Origin: a virus
Taxonomy: Duplodnaviria > Caudoviricetes
Virus record (IMG/VR): IMGVR_UViG_3300008113_010961
Location: 1-54,818 of that record
Reading direction: 5' to 3' (one strand)
DNA length: 54,818 nt
This document shows positions 29,399 through 39,071 of the stretch, piece after piece; within the stretch, counting starts at the first letter, position 1, and every line of letters starts with the position of its first letter. The position numbers and the translations under genes are program-made. Under the pieces are notes generated by a model. That model saw only the letters and a program-made list of their open reading frames with translations. It did not search any database and was not told where the DNA came from.

Positions 29399-29938
29399 TT
29401 ATGAGTTTGGCCTCGATTGATCTGTTGGTCCACCAAGAGGTGGAATGGTGCTTAAATCCGTCATTCCATTAGTCATGGCTGTTTGGTTATCAAAATTGGT
29501 ACCGCCAACTTTGCTCATATCATTTTGATCTGATCCCAATTCTTCGGCTCCCTGCTTATCTGAAACAGCAAGATTATTGATAGGTCCTTTAATTTTATCA
29601 AGAATTTTTTGATTTATTAAATCTAAACATCCCTTGATAATAGAAGCTATATCTTGATTTTTAGCATCTTTGTCACCATCTGCTAATAACTTCATATTAT
29701 AAGCAACTGTTTGTAATGGTACCAAAAATGTTTGCTGTTGTTTTAGCCAATGTCCATGTAACATAGTTTGAATTATACTAAATACATCTTCGCAATCGCC
29801 TTTTAGCTCAACTAATCCACTAGTAGCTAAATTTAGCATAGATTGAAGGCGCTCCGCAATATCGGATGCGGCTTGCTTTAAAACTCTGTTATCTTCTAAA
29901 AGAACAAAGCTTTTGAAGGATATTATTTCATCAAACAT
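29399..29938 (-). CDS. Hypothetical protein (candidate internal head protein)
   Basis: SFKSFVLLE leader; TAAATA 4 nt upstream of the ATG. Confidence 0.65.
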   Translation of the reverse strand: MFDEIISFKSFVLLEDNRVLKQAASDIAERLQSMLNLATSGLVELKGDCEDVFSIIQTMLHGHWLKQQQTFLVPLQTVAYNMKLLADGDKDAKNQDIASIIKGCLDLINQKILDKIKGPINNLAVSDKQGAEELGSDQNDMSKVGGTNFDNQTAMTNGMTDLSTIPPLGGPTDQSRPNS

Positions 29939-29964
29939 ACTTTATTTAGGTTCCTTACATATAA

Positions 29965-30492
29965 TTATACCTGCTCCAATGCCATTTTTTTTGCAATTTC
30001 AAAAGGCACAGGGGTGTAATTGTGGTGTTCGACACAACAATTAAAGTAGGCAGGATCAATATTTTTGTCATCTAACATGACTTTGCGATAGTGTATATGT
30101 CCATGCATGTTTATCAAACCATCGCCTAAGCAACTAGGATGGACAGGGTAATGAGATAAAATAAAGCTTCTGTCCAATCTATGCGTTCCACGTACATCTT
30201 TGAAATATGGTAAGTAGTCTGATATTTTGAATATATCATGATTGCCTCTAATAAGAACCTTCTTGCCATTTAATTGTTCAAGTATATTTATATCTTTTCT
30301 GGCTATACTAACATCACCAAGATGATAAACTTGGTCATTTTTATTTACAACTTTATTCCAGTTTTCTATCATAGTTTGATCCATGGCTTCTACGGAGGGA
30401 AACTCACGTATCAAACTACCATCATCCTTAACAAAAGTTAAGAATTTAGCGTGTCCAAAATGTGTATCAGAAATAAGAAAAAGGTTCGCCAT
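29965..30492 (-). CDS. Calcineurin-like metallophosphoesterase
   Basis: SDTHFGH, HLGD, GNHD, SHYP, HGHIH motifs. Confidence 0.85.
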   Translation of the reverse strand: MANLFLISDTHFGHAKFLTFVKDDGSLIREFPSVEAMDQTMIENWNKVVNKNDQVYHLGDVSIARKDINILEQLNGKKVLIRGNHDIFKISDYLPYFKDVRGTHRLDRSFILSHYPVHPSCLGDGLINMHGHIHYRKVMLDDKNIDPAYFNCCVEHHNYTPVPFEIAKKMALEQV

Positions 30493-30498
30493 AAATTA

Positions 30499-30527
30499 AT
30501 TATGACGAACCTTCATTTGATTTGCAA
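30499..30527 (-). promoter_or_regulatory. Sigma70-type promoter (probably leaderless mRNA)
   Basis: TTGCAA-17 bp-CATAAT; the -10 box ends 6 nt before ATG 30492. Confidence 0.55.
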
Positions 30528-30533
30528 GTTAAA

Positions 30534-32987
30534 TTAACCGCATTTACTCCAGCCACAGTCCCTGCAAACGATACAACCATCATCCCTTTGGATGTTGCTG
30601 TTCTTGCATTCTGGGCACTCTTCTCCAGTTACCTTGGTTCCATCCTTGATATACTTTTTGAGAGTTCTAGCCAATACTTTACTTAGACTGGCCAAGTCAC
30701 CCTTGGTTTTTTCAAGTTGATGTACCACAAATTCAATGCTGGTTCCATGTCTTAAAGCAGTGCTAACCATCCTGCACAAGGCATCGCCATTTTCATGGTT
30801 GTTGATGTTGGTAAGAGGATAGCTTTCGTCACCAGCTATAAAGTGATAATTGCTTCTTGACTTCTTTTTAAGAGAGCCTTTTGTGATAGACTTCTTGATG
30901 ATAGGCTGATCATTTTGCTGATTGTATCCAGCAAAGACCTCATATGGGTCCCCACCTAAAAGGCCTACTACAACGTAGTATGGGTCACTCTTAATGATGG
31001 GGAAATGAACTTCTGCCTCAATAGCTTGTGGCCTTTTTGGAGCATCATTTTTGACTATCTTGTCTACAGACTGCTTGTCTTCTTTTTTGGGCTTCTCAAT
31101 TAGCACACCTGTGCGACAATTTTTCCTATATACAGTCATACCTTTGCAACCGAACTTCCAAGCAGCTTCATAAATTGCAGCAACTTGTTCTTCAGTTACA
31201 TCTTCAGGCAGATTAACTGTCTTAGAAATCGCATGGTCAACAAACTTCTGCGCCTCTGCTTGAAGCTTTACAGCTGCAACCCAATCGATATCTTCCGCAC
31301 AGTGTTTGTACCAAGGGGACTCTTCAAGATTTGTATTCCCTGTAACTTTTCTCCACTGGGCTACCTTGGGGTGAATTACCTCGAACTCCTGCCAGCAGTC
31401 GCCATTTTGATCTTTGAAATCAATCCTTACATTCTTGTCGGTTGGATTTACCTTCTTACGACGAGTGTAGGGATTTAACATAAACAAAGGCTCAATTCCA
31501 CTTGTGGTCTGAGTCATAATAGACACAGAGCCAGTAGGAGCGATTGTTAAGTTGGCAATGTTTCTTCTGCCGTGAACGCTGATGTCATTGTAAAGAGATG
31601 GATCACACTCCTTGATCATCTTCAGGAATTGCGTATCTTTTTCCTTCTCCCAATTCCAAACTTTGAATGGCCCAAGCTCTTTTGCCATTTCCATGCTGCT
31701 TCTAAAGCTGGAAAGGCATAAGGTCTTCATAATCTTGCCGGTAGTGGCTATGCTTTCTTCGCTGCCATAACCAATACCTAAAGCAGCCAAAGTGTCGCCT
31801 AAAGCTGTAATTCCTGTTCCTGTTCTGCGACCTTTTTCACACTTGTCATAGACCATCTTCCAAAGATCAAGCTCTCTTTGGCGAATTGCTTTATCTTCTG
31901 GATCTTTCTTTACCTTGTCTATAATTGCCTGAACCTTCTCAAGCTCCATGTCAATCATGTCATCCATCATTCTCTGGATGATTTCGCCATGTTTGCTGAA
32001 AAGTTCGTAGTCAAAATAAGCATCCTTGGTAAAGGGATTGACTACATAGCTAAACAGATTCAATACCATTAAGCGGCAACTATCGTAGGCACACAATGGT
32101 AATTCACTGCAAGGATTGGTGCTAATGGTTTTAAAGCCTTCGTCTGCATAGCAGTCAACGGCATTATAATTTGTTACTTTATCCCAGAACAACAGACCCG
32201 GTTCTGCTCGCAACCAAGCATTATGGATAATCTTCTTCCATAAATCCTTAGCTTTTATAACCTTGTCATTTTCACTTGGCGGAGCATCGACAGGGAATCT
32301 CAGTCGGAAATCCTCATCCTTTTCTACTGCTTTGAGGAATTCATCGCTGAGCAACACACTGACATTTGCACCAGTTACTTTGGTGTCATCATTTTTTACT
32401 GTTATAAAACTCTCAACATCTTTATGAGCTACATTGATTGAAAGCATCAATGCACCTCTGCGACCGCTTTGTCCAACTTCTCGAATGGTGTTAGAGTACC
32501 TTTCCATCCAGCTTGTAATGCCAGTTGAGCTTCTAGCAGCATTCTTTACTGGAGCTTGTGCTGGTCTAAGCTTGCTGATATCGACTCCGACACCACCTCT
32601 TCTCTTGCTGATCTGCGCAAGAGTTTCGTCTACCTTCATAATGCCGCCATAAGAATCTTCTGGGCTTTCTACAACATAGCAATTGCTCAGACTGATAATT
32701 TGGTGATTGTTGCCAATACCAAACATCGGGCTGCCTTGGGGCACAACATACTTGAAATGCTCTAACAAGCCGTAAAACTGATCTTCGTTAAGCGGATTTT
32801 TGAATTTTTTGCTTTCAATTCTTGCAAATTCTTTTGCCAAACGCCTGTGCATTTGGTCAGGAGTTGCCTCCAAAAGCTTGCCATTGTTGTCTTTCAGGGC
32901 GTACTTATCAAGGAAAACCTTGGCCGCTAACTCATCACCTTCAAAATAAGCAACACTGCTCTCAAAAGCATTCTCATAACTATACAT
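30534..32987 (-). CDS. nrdJ: Ribonucleotide reductase, class II (adenosylcobalamin-dependent)
   Basis: SLSNC, RRGA, ANVSV, EPGLLF, TNPCSE, IAPTGS, AISKTVNLP, GCKGMTVYR; C-terminal TSCPD-like region and CPEC/CRDCG ribbon; no NrdB gene adjacent. Confidence 0.85.
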   Translation of the reverse strand: MYSYENAFESSVAYFEGDELAAKVFLDKYALKDNNGKLLEATPDQMHRRLAKEFARIESKKFKNPLNEDQFYGLLEHFKYVVPQGSPMFGIGNNHQIISLSNCYVVESPEDSYGGIMKVDETLAQISKRRGGVGVDISKLRPAQAPVKNAARSSTGITSWMERYSNTIREVGQSGRRGALMLSINVAHKDVESFITVKNDDTKVTGANVSVLLSDEFLKAVEKDEDFRLRFPVDAPPSENDKVIKAKDLWKKIIHNAWLRAEPGLLFWDKVTNYNAVDCYADEGFKTISTNPCSELPLCAYDSCRLMVLNLFSYVVNPFTKDAYFDYELFSKHGEIIQRMMDDMIDMELEKVQAIIDKVKKDPEDKAIRQRELDLWKMVYDKCEKGRRTGTGITALGDTLAALGIGYGSEESIATTGKIMKTLCLSSFRSSMEMAKELGPFKVWNWEKEKDTQFLKMIKECDPSLYNDISVHGRRNIANLTIAPTGSVSIMTQTTSGIEPLFMLNPYTRRKKVNPTDKNVRIDFKDQNGDCWQEFEVIHPKVAQWRKVTGNTNLEESPWYKHCAEDIDWVAAVKLQAEAQKFVDHAISKTVNLPEDVTEEQVAAIYEAAWKFGCKGMTVYRKNCRTGVLIEKPKKEDKQSVDKIVKNDAPKRPQAIEAEVHFPIIKSDPYYVVVGLLGGDPYEVFAGYNQQNDQPIIKKSITKGSLKKKSRSNYHFIAGDESYPLTNINNHENGDALCRMVSTALRHGTSIEFVVHQLEKTKGDLASLSKVLARTLKKYIKDGTKVTGEECPECKNSNIQRDDGCIVCRDCGWSKCG

Positions 32988-33064
32988 TTTTACTCGCTTT
33001 CTTTATGTTTTGAAACTAAAAAAATATGTAAGCGGCTCTTAGAAATTTTAGGTCAAATGCAAAA

Positions 33065-35077
33065 TTAAACCAAAAAACTTGTCCCGTTTTTCATCACTAA
33101 GTTCAAGTCCTGACAGCCATTTAGTAATTCTAATAAATTTGCATCATGACTGGTTACAAATACCTGTTTTTCTCTGGCAAGCTCACAAATCATGTTATAA
33201 ATGCCTTCAACACCAACAGGATCTATGTTGCTGCTTACTTCATCTAAGAACACCAAACTTGGTGACCTTCCAGTGTTTAGAGTCATGACATGAGCAAAAG
33301 CTTGACTCAAAGCTAGGTTAATTCTTCTTCTTTGTCCGTTGCTAAGAATAGGATAACCCAAAGGTTTCTTATCAGGAAACTTTGTAATAGTTTCATTCAA
33401 TTCATTGTCAAAATTAACTTCCAATTTACCATCAATCAAAAATTGCAACCAATAGTTCAAGTTACCGTTTAATGCTGGTATTATCTCATCAACAATGTAT
33501 TTCCTAATGCCATTGTCACCAAAAGCAGTTGACCAGAATGCGTAGTAATCGGTTTCTGCAACAAGTGATTCTAACTGGTCATTCTTTTGCTTAATTTGAC
33601 TTGACAGTTCTGCTAGCTTGCCTTCACTTGAAGATATAAGACCGTCATATGGACACACGGTCTCTATTTCCTCTAATAGCTTTTTCATACTGTTTTTGCA
33701 TATTTTAATTTTTTCTTCTAAGCCGCCCTTCTTTGCTGAATTATCAGGTACTTTTATTTGCTGCAAGCTTGTCAATTTATTTCTTTTAATACGAAGATCG
33801 TTTTCAACAGTTTGTAATCCAGTCTTGTTAGACTGCATGTCTGTCTGAACTTTTAACAGATTTGCTTCGATTGTTTGAATTTCAGAATCTATTTGCTTGA
33901 TGTTTGCATCGGCATTCGCATACTTTACTTTTATTTCAGCTATTTCTGCCTCATGCTCTGCCTTAATTTTTTCGTAGTTTTCTGGCTTAACTTCACCAAA
34001 ACAATGTGAGCATACTACGCCGGCTTCCAGCTTGTCTATTTTTACAATAACTTCCTTGAGCTTTGTGGCATTAGCTATGCATTCTTTTTTCTCCAAACTA
34101 TGTGGCTGCTTCAATTCGTTTTGAGTGTTTTTAGCATTTAAGAGATTATTTACCTGCGTTTGCAGTTCATTTGTTTTGTTAACGAATTCATCTCGTTTGC
34201 CTTCAAGAACTTTTAACTGTTCTGTTATAACAGCAGCTTCTTTCTGTGCTGACTCATAGGCAAGAACATCTTCTTGCTTGTCGAGTTCTGCCAATTCTTT
34301 TTCAGCAATTTCGATTTCTTTACCTAAATTTTTGATTTCCTGTACTTTGGTTGTCTTCCAAATCTTTTTCTTTTCCGCATACATCTGCAAATTTTTGTTC
34401 TCATCAGAAACTGATTTTTCAACATAGATTATTTCTGTTTGTAAATTCTTTATTGATCCAGCGTGTTCCTTTTGCAGTGATTTTGCTGCTTCCAAATAGC
34501 TGCGATACTTCTCCAAGCTAAGCAAATTTTCAACTATGCTGCGTTTTTCCGCTGCATCGCATTCCAGAAAGGATGTGCTGTTATCGTCTGTGAAAACAAA
34601 TATGTTTATAAATGTTTGGTAATTAAGACCTATAATATCCTCAATTAACTTTTGTGTGGCTGGCATACCGCCAAGTGTTAATTCTTCAGCGTGGTCAAAA
34701 TCACCAGAATCAGATTTCCACAGTCTTAAAGTATCTGGTTTTCTCTTTCTTTCTATTTTGTAATTGTCCCAATAAATTTCAATCGCCAAACCTTTGGTGG
34801 TCTTGTTATGAACCACATCTTTGTGGCTGATTTTCTTGGGGCTTTTGATTGTTTTGCCAAATAGTCCATAAACAATTATTTCTGGAATACTGCTTTTGCC
34901 GCTTCCATTTGAGGAAAGCTTTTCTTCTTCGCCTTTGCGTAAGCTGTCTAGGTTCTTGCCTTTGACAAGAACAATGTTGCCATAACTGGCCAAGTGTAAG
35001 TCTATGCCATCTTCGCCAAAACACATAAAGTTTTTGGCGACTACTCGTTTGAAATTAATTTTTTGCATCGTCTGCAA
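33065..35077 (-). CDS. sbcC: SbcC/Rad50-like recombination ATPase (T4 gp46-like)
   Basis: Walker A NGSGKS, coiled coils with CSHC zinc hook, LSNGQ signature, FLDE Walker B, SH switch. Confidence 0.9.
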   Translation of the reverse strand: MQTMQKINFKRVVAKNFMCFGEDGIDLHLASYGNIVLVKGKNLDSLRKGEEEKLSSNGSGKSSIPEIIVYGLFGKTIKSPKKISHKDVVHNKTTKGLAIEIYWDNYKIERKRKPDTLRLWKSDSGDFDHAEELTLGGMPATQKLIEDIIGLNYQTFINIFVFTDDNSTSFLECDAAEKRSIVENLLSLEKYRSYLEAAKSLQKEHAGSIKNLQTEIIYVEKSVSDENKNLQMYAEKKKIWKTTKVQEIKNLGKEIEIAEKELAELDKQEDVLAYESAQKEAAVITEQLKVLEGKRDEFVNKTNELQTQVNNLLNAKNTQNELKQPHSLEKKECIANATKLKEVIVKIDKLEAGVVCSHCFGEVKPENYEKIKAEHEAEIAEIKVKYANADANIKQIDSEIQTIEANLLKVQTDMQSNKTGLQTVENDLRIKRNKLTSLQQIKVPDNSAKKGGLEEKIKICKNSMKKLLEEIETVCPYDGLISSSEGKLAELSSQIKQKNDQLESLVAETDYYAFWSTAFGDNGIRKYIVDEIIPALNGNLNYWLQFLIDGKLEVNFDNELNETITKFPDKKPLGYPILSNGQRRRINLALSQAFAHVMTLNTGRSPSLVFLDEVSSNIDPVGVEGIYNMICELAREKQVFVTSHDANLLELLNGCQDLNLVMKNGTSFLV

Positions 35078-36128
35078 CCTTTATGATCTTATCACAAATT
35101 GTCATTAACTTCTGCTTGTCTAATTTCAAATCAACTATGTGATCAACATACTTTTCAAGTAAAGTGTTTTGATTTGCCATCAAGGTTTTTACATCTGCGA
35201 TTGCATGTTCGTCTTGCTTAACAACCTGTTTTTTAACTTGTACAGAAGATGCCTTAAGATCTTCCACAACCTTAGACATATTCTTTTTATGAGACAAGCT
35301 GTCGGTGTTTTCCGTTATAAGACAAACAAATCCATTAGCTAATTCTTCACTTGTGTAATTGTCAATTTCATCATCTTTGATGTAGAAGTGTTTCGGGCTA
35401 AATGTGTTTTCTATGTACTCAAGCTTGTTGGTATCAGAATCCAACAAAATAATGTGTTTCTTTTCGTGTGCTTCGCCAAATGATAATTGCAAAGGGCTAC
35501 CTATGTATTCAACAGTAGGCGACAACTTCTGCGCACTGTGATAGTGCCCAAAAAAAGCTCTTTTGTAATGATTGAATAAATCTCTTCCAACTATTGTCAT
35601 GTCACCATCATGTTCAATGACTACATCTGCAATACTACCGGCAGAATTTAATCTGGCTCCGTCCACTGCAATGTGTGCAAGTAAATAGGAATCTTTGATT
35701 CGATCTGCAAGTTTTGTAAGTTCTGCGACAGGGTCGTGTGTGTAAGGCATGAAATGCCAATTTACACCACAAATGGCTTGGGTTGATGTCTGATCAATTA
35801 CTTCATAATTTTTGAGTGCTTTGAATGGCCTAACACTGCTTACTGATAAATCTGTAGCAAACCAAAGATCATGATTGCCAAGAAGTAGGAATGTTTTAAA
35901 GCATTCATTTTGGTATTTTTCAAGAACATTGAAAACTTTGTTGTATGTTAGTGAATCAATCTTTTGTCTATCATGAAGCAAATCGCCGCCAAATAAAACG
36001 GCATCTACTTTCCTAGCTTTTGCTGTTTCAAACACCCATTCAAGAGCTTCAATGCAGTGTTGAAGTCTTTCTTGGCTTTTTTTGTGCGGATGTACATGAA
36101 CATCCGAAAAAAGTAGGAATTTTGGCAT
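35055..36128 (-). CDS. sbcD: SbcD/Mre11-like nuclease (T4 gp47-like)
   Basis: SDVH, GGDLLH, GNHD, GHYH, YIGSPLQLSFGE; adjacent to sbcC. Confidence 0.9.
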   Translation of the reverse strand: MPKFLLFSDVHVHPHKKSQERLQHCIEALEWVFETAKARKVDAVLFGGDLLHDRQKIDSLTYNKVFNVLEKYQNECFKTFLLLGNHDLWFATDLSVSSVRPFKALKNYEVIDQTSTQAICGVNWHFMPYTHDPVAELTKLADRIKDSYLLAHIAVDGARLNSAGSIADVVIEHDGDMTIVGRDLFNHYKRAFFGHYHSAQKLSPTVEYIGSPLQLSFGEAHEKKHIILLDSDTNKLEYIENTFSPKHFYIKDDEIDNYTSEELANGFVCLITENTDSLSHKKNMSKVVEDLKASSVQVKKQVVKQDEHAIADVKTLMANQNTLLEKYVDHIVDLKLDKQKLMTICDKIIKVADDAKN

Positions 36129-36134
36129 AACCTA

Positions 36135-36163
36135 ATTCTACTTTTTTTCTGTTAATTTAGCAA
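36135..36163 (-). promoter_or_regulatory. Sigma70-type promoter of sbcD (probably leaderless mRNA)
   Basis: TTGCTA-17 bp-TAGAAT; the -10 box ends 6 nt before ATG 36128. Confidence 0.55.
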
Positions 36164-36164
36164 G

Positions 36165-36536
36165 TTATTTTGCTTTTTCTTTTTTCTGTTGATCGAAGAA
36201 TTTATCCATCCTGTACCAAACATCTGTATTTTTGAGATCGATGTTGGTTGGCTGTTGTGGTGGGCCTCCCATGCCACCACCCAAACCTCCGCCCATATCA
36301 GGTGCTCCGCCTCCAAGTGGTGGCGCTCCTCCTCCCATTCCTCCTCCGGGTGGCGCTGCTCCTAATCCTCCTGCATCCCCACCAATTCCACCTGCTGGCA
36401 ATGGTGGTGCGCCTCCCATTCCACCTGCATCTCCTCCTGTTGGAGGTGCCGGTGCTGCTCCTGCTGCTCCCCCTGCTGGGGCTGCGTCGGCCTCTGTAAT
36501 TAGGCTTCTTACAAAATTCTTAAATGTAATCATCAT
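36165..36536 (-). CDS. Gly/Pro/Met-rich low-complexity protein (candidate internal head protein)
   Basis: TFKNFVRSLITE leader then GGAPP/GGGM repeats; TATAAATA upstream. Confidence 0.7.
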   Translation of the reverse strand: MMITFKNFVRSLITEADAAPAGGAAGAAPAPPTGGDAGGMGGAPPLPAGGIGGDAGGLGAAPPGGGMGGGAPPLGGGAPDMGGGLGGGMGGPPQQPTNIDLKNTDVWYRMDKFFDQQKKEKAK

Positions 36537-36538
36537 AT

Positions 36539-36561
36539 TATTTATATCTAATTGATAAATA
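36539..36561. promoter_or_regulatory. Back-to-back T4-like late promoter boxes
   Basis: TATAAATA on minus (36539-36546) and GATAAATA on plus (36554-36561) in a 31-bp divergent gap. Confidence 0.55.
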
Positions 36562-36567
36562 TTTTAT

Positions 36568-37023
36568 ATGAAAACGTTCAGAACATGGCTGGAGGAAGTT
36601 TCTCCAACTGCTGAAGATGATCCCACATTGGCCGCAAGCCCTTCTCCTGAAGAGGCTATGGCCGCTCCTCAGCAAAAAATGACAACCAAACAATATCTTG
36701 AAAAGTATAAAATTAAGCCTTGGAAGGCTAGCAAAGAACAGATTTTAAGCTTCTGGAGAACTCTTTCTCCCGGCGCACCTATCGCTATAAAACCAATTCC
36801 TTATGACCATGAAGGGTCAACTATTCAGGAAGATACAGTGCGTATTACTGGCTCAAAGGAATTCATAGCCAGCGTTTTGACCAGATTGAAAGACTTTTTA
36901 AATTACGAAAACAAAGACACCAAAATTATGGCTGCCTATCGTCAAAGTCCTAGAAGTTTTCTACCGGGTAATAAAAATAGCTACATTTTCTATTTGCAAG
37001 TGATGGAACGTGGTAAGGATTGA
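36568..37023 (+). CDS. Hypothetical protein (candidate internal head protein)
   Basis: MKTFRTWLEE leader closely resembles the T4 capsid-targeting sequence MKTYQEFIAE. Confidence 0.7.
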   Translation: MKTFRTWLEEVSPTAEDDPTLAASPSPEEAMAAPQQKMTTKQYLEKYKIKPWKASKEQILSFWRTLSPGAPIAIKPIPYDHEGSTIQEDTVRITGSKEFIASVLTRLKDFLNYENKDTKIMAAYRQSPRSFLPGNKNSYIFYLQVMERGKD

Positions 37024-37178
37024 TATTCCGAATGATAAAATGTAAGCTCTTGCGTTTCTCTTATTTTGTCATCAATTCTTTCGGCAAGATCCTCCTGCTT
37101 CTTAGTCATGCCCGTAAATCTCTTTTCAATCTTATCAATAAGATCCCGATAAATCGACATATCTTCAAAGCTGTGCAT
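36990..37178 (-). CDS. Small hypothetical protein
   Basis: GGAGG RBS before ATG 37178 (MHSFEDMSIYRDL...); coiled-coil-like. Confidence 0.4.
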   Translation of the reverse strand: MHSFEDMSIYRDLIDKIEKRFTGMTKKQEDLAERIDDKIRETQELTFYHSEYQSLPRSITCK

Positions 37179-37297
37179 CTTGACCTCCGTAAAAGTCACA
37201 TATAGTATAAATGACTCATGGGTCAAATAATTAATACATTTGTGTGGAAGATTTTTTAGCAAAAAGCCTAGAATTAATTATAGACAGAGGAACAACA

Positions 37298-38710
37298 ATG
37301 GCAAAAATAATTTTAAAAAACGATATTAGCCAAATTGTAACCACTAATGAAACTTTGGCTAAGTTTCTTTACGACAACTTGCGTTTTCGTGACCGCAATT
37401 ATTTTCATAATCGTGCCTATCGTCAGCGTATCTGGGATGGTTTTACAAACTTCTTTAACAAAAATAATGGCAAATTTCTAACTGGCCTGTTGCCAGAAAT
37501 ACTTATGGCTTGCAAAGCACACAAAGAAGAAGTTCAAATCTTAGATCAAAGAACAAAGGTTGACTTTGCGGTAAATGAAATAAATTCCACATTCTTGCAT
37601 TCTTGCACACCGGCTGGATCGCCTGTCATTACTCTTGAAGACTACCAAGTCGATTTGGTTAATTCTGCTATAAAAAATAAACGTGGAGTTATATTTGCTC
37701 CAACCAGCGCTGGCAAATCGTTGACCATGCTTTCAATTTTGAAATGCTTACCTGCCGGTACTAAAACTCTGGTTTTGCAAAACCGTAAAACCTTGGCTAT
37801 TCAGAACTATGAAGAATACACGAAATGGGGTCTGCATAACGTTGGAAGGATTTGGGGTGGAGTTGACGAACCAAATGACATCACAGTCAGTACTGTGCAA
37901 TCTATATCCAAAGCCGCTGATCTCTTGCCAGAGGTTGAAGTTCTTTTAGTCGATGAAATTCACGACATGATGAGTACCGCCCCCAAAGCCGTTTACCGCA
38001 TGTTAAAGAAATGCAGTGTTAGAATAGCAGTTAGTGCTACACCATTTAAATTTGGTGATAGCGACAAAATTCAAAAGTTTTATGTTAAAGGTTTTTTTGG
38101 CCCTCCTTTTAAAATTAAATCAACTGAGACTGGAATTGTTACAACACAGGAATTGCAAAACAGAGGAAGACTCTCAAAAAGCCGTTGCATATTCCACAAA
38201 ATTAACAGTCCTGACCTCGAATATGAATTGTATCAAGATGCCGTAAACCTTGGTATCGTTGAAAACAACACTTTGCATGAAAAGGTTGTTGAATTAGCTA
38301 CTGCCCAATCTGGCAGAACATTGATTCTTGTGGATCGTCTGGCACATGGCGATACACTGCAAAGTCTAATTCCAAATGCTCTCTGGGTTCAAGGCAAAGA
38401 CAATGATGAAACTCGCAAACAAGTAATTGAGCAACTACAAAAATCAGAAAATTGTATTGCAATTGCTACTCAAGGTATATTTAATACCGGAATTAACGTA
38501 TTTGTTCACACGTTAATTAATGCTGCGGGCGGCCAAGCTGATCATCAAATTATCCAAAGAATGGGTAGAGGTTTAAGAACTGCAAAGGACAAAGAAGAGT
38601 TGCTTTATATTGATTTCATATTTGAAACCAATCCTTATTTGCACAAACACAGTATGAAAAGAGTAAAGATTTTGCAGAAACAAGGGCATTCAATTGAAAT
38701 ATTAGATTAA
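37298..38710 (+). CDS. uvsW: Superfamily 2 DNA helicase (T4 UvsW-like)
   Basis: WDG N-terminal motif, DYQ, APTSAGKS, DEIH, SAT, TGIN, QRMGRGLR; GAGG RBS before ATG 37298. Confidence 0.85.
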   Translation: MAKIILKNDISQIVTTNETLAKFLYDNLRFRDRNYFHNRAYRQRIWDGFTNFFNKNNGKFLTGLLPEILMACKAHKEEVQILDQRTKVDFAVNEINSTFLHSCTPAGSPVITLEDYQVDLVNSAIKNKRGVIFAPTSAGKSLTMLSILKCLPAGTKTLVLQNRKTLAIQNYEEYTKWGLHNVGRIWGGVDEPNDITVSTVQSISKAADLLPEVEVLLVDEIHDMMSTAPKAVYRMLKKCSVRIAVSATPFKFGDSDKIQKFYVKGFFGPPFKIKSTETGIVTTQELQNRGRLSKSRCIFHKINSPDLEYELYQDAVNLGIVENNTLHEKVVELATAQSGRTLILVDRLAHGDTLQSLIPNALWVQGKDNDETRKQVIEQLQKSENCIAIATQGIFNTGINVFVHTLINAAGGQADHQIIQRMGRGLRTAKDKEELLYIDFIFETNPYLHKHSMKRVKILQKQGHSIEILD

Positions 38711-39039
38711 GGATTGCCAGTCATGATGTCCACAATGTCTCCAATTGTGCCATCAATTTCATCTACAGAGTCCAATTGCTTCCTTCTTGGATCGTTTTCT
38801 GGCAATTCCTTGTAAAACTGCAGATTTTTAATGGTGTTTTTTACACCCATTTGCATTGAAGTGCCTTTAGGACCGGGAACTTCTTGGGTTTCAAGATTCC
38901 TTAAAGGCTGCTTTCTCAGTTCGCCACGGTTGCCTATTCCGCCTAAATCAAATGCACTACGAAGAATATCAAGATAATTATTTTCTTGATTCTGTATGGC
39001 TTCTTGGAGCCAGCTCGAAAATTCTAGTTTAACTGCCAT
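38707..39039 (-). CDS. Hypothetical protein (candidate internal head protein)
   Basis: EFSSWLQE leader; TAAATA 5 nt upstream of the ATG. Confidence 0.6.
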   Translation of the reverse strand: MAVKLEFSSWLQEAIQNQENNYLDILRSAFDLGGIGNRGELRKQPLRNLETQEVPGPKGTSMQMGVKNTIKNLQFYKELPENDPRRKQLDSVDEIDGTIGDIVDIMTGNP

Positions 39040-39071
39040 AAATATATTTACAATGATGCTAGGTATTTTTA

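Noticed and set aside
36232-36555. Plus-strand Pro-rich ORFs (107 aa and 83 aa)
   Set aside because: They are antisense shadows of the Gly-rich gene 36165..36536, which has the shared leader and a late box.
30534-38710. Inteins or introns in NrdJ, SbcC or UvsW
   Set aside because: Protein lengths and motif spacing are normal, and no intein splice-junction or LAGLIDADG signature was seen.
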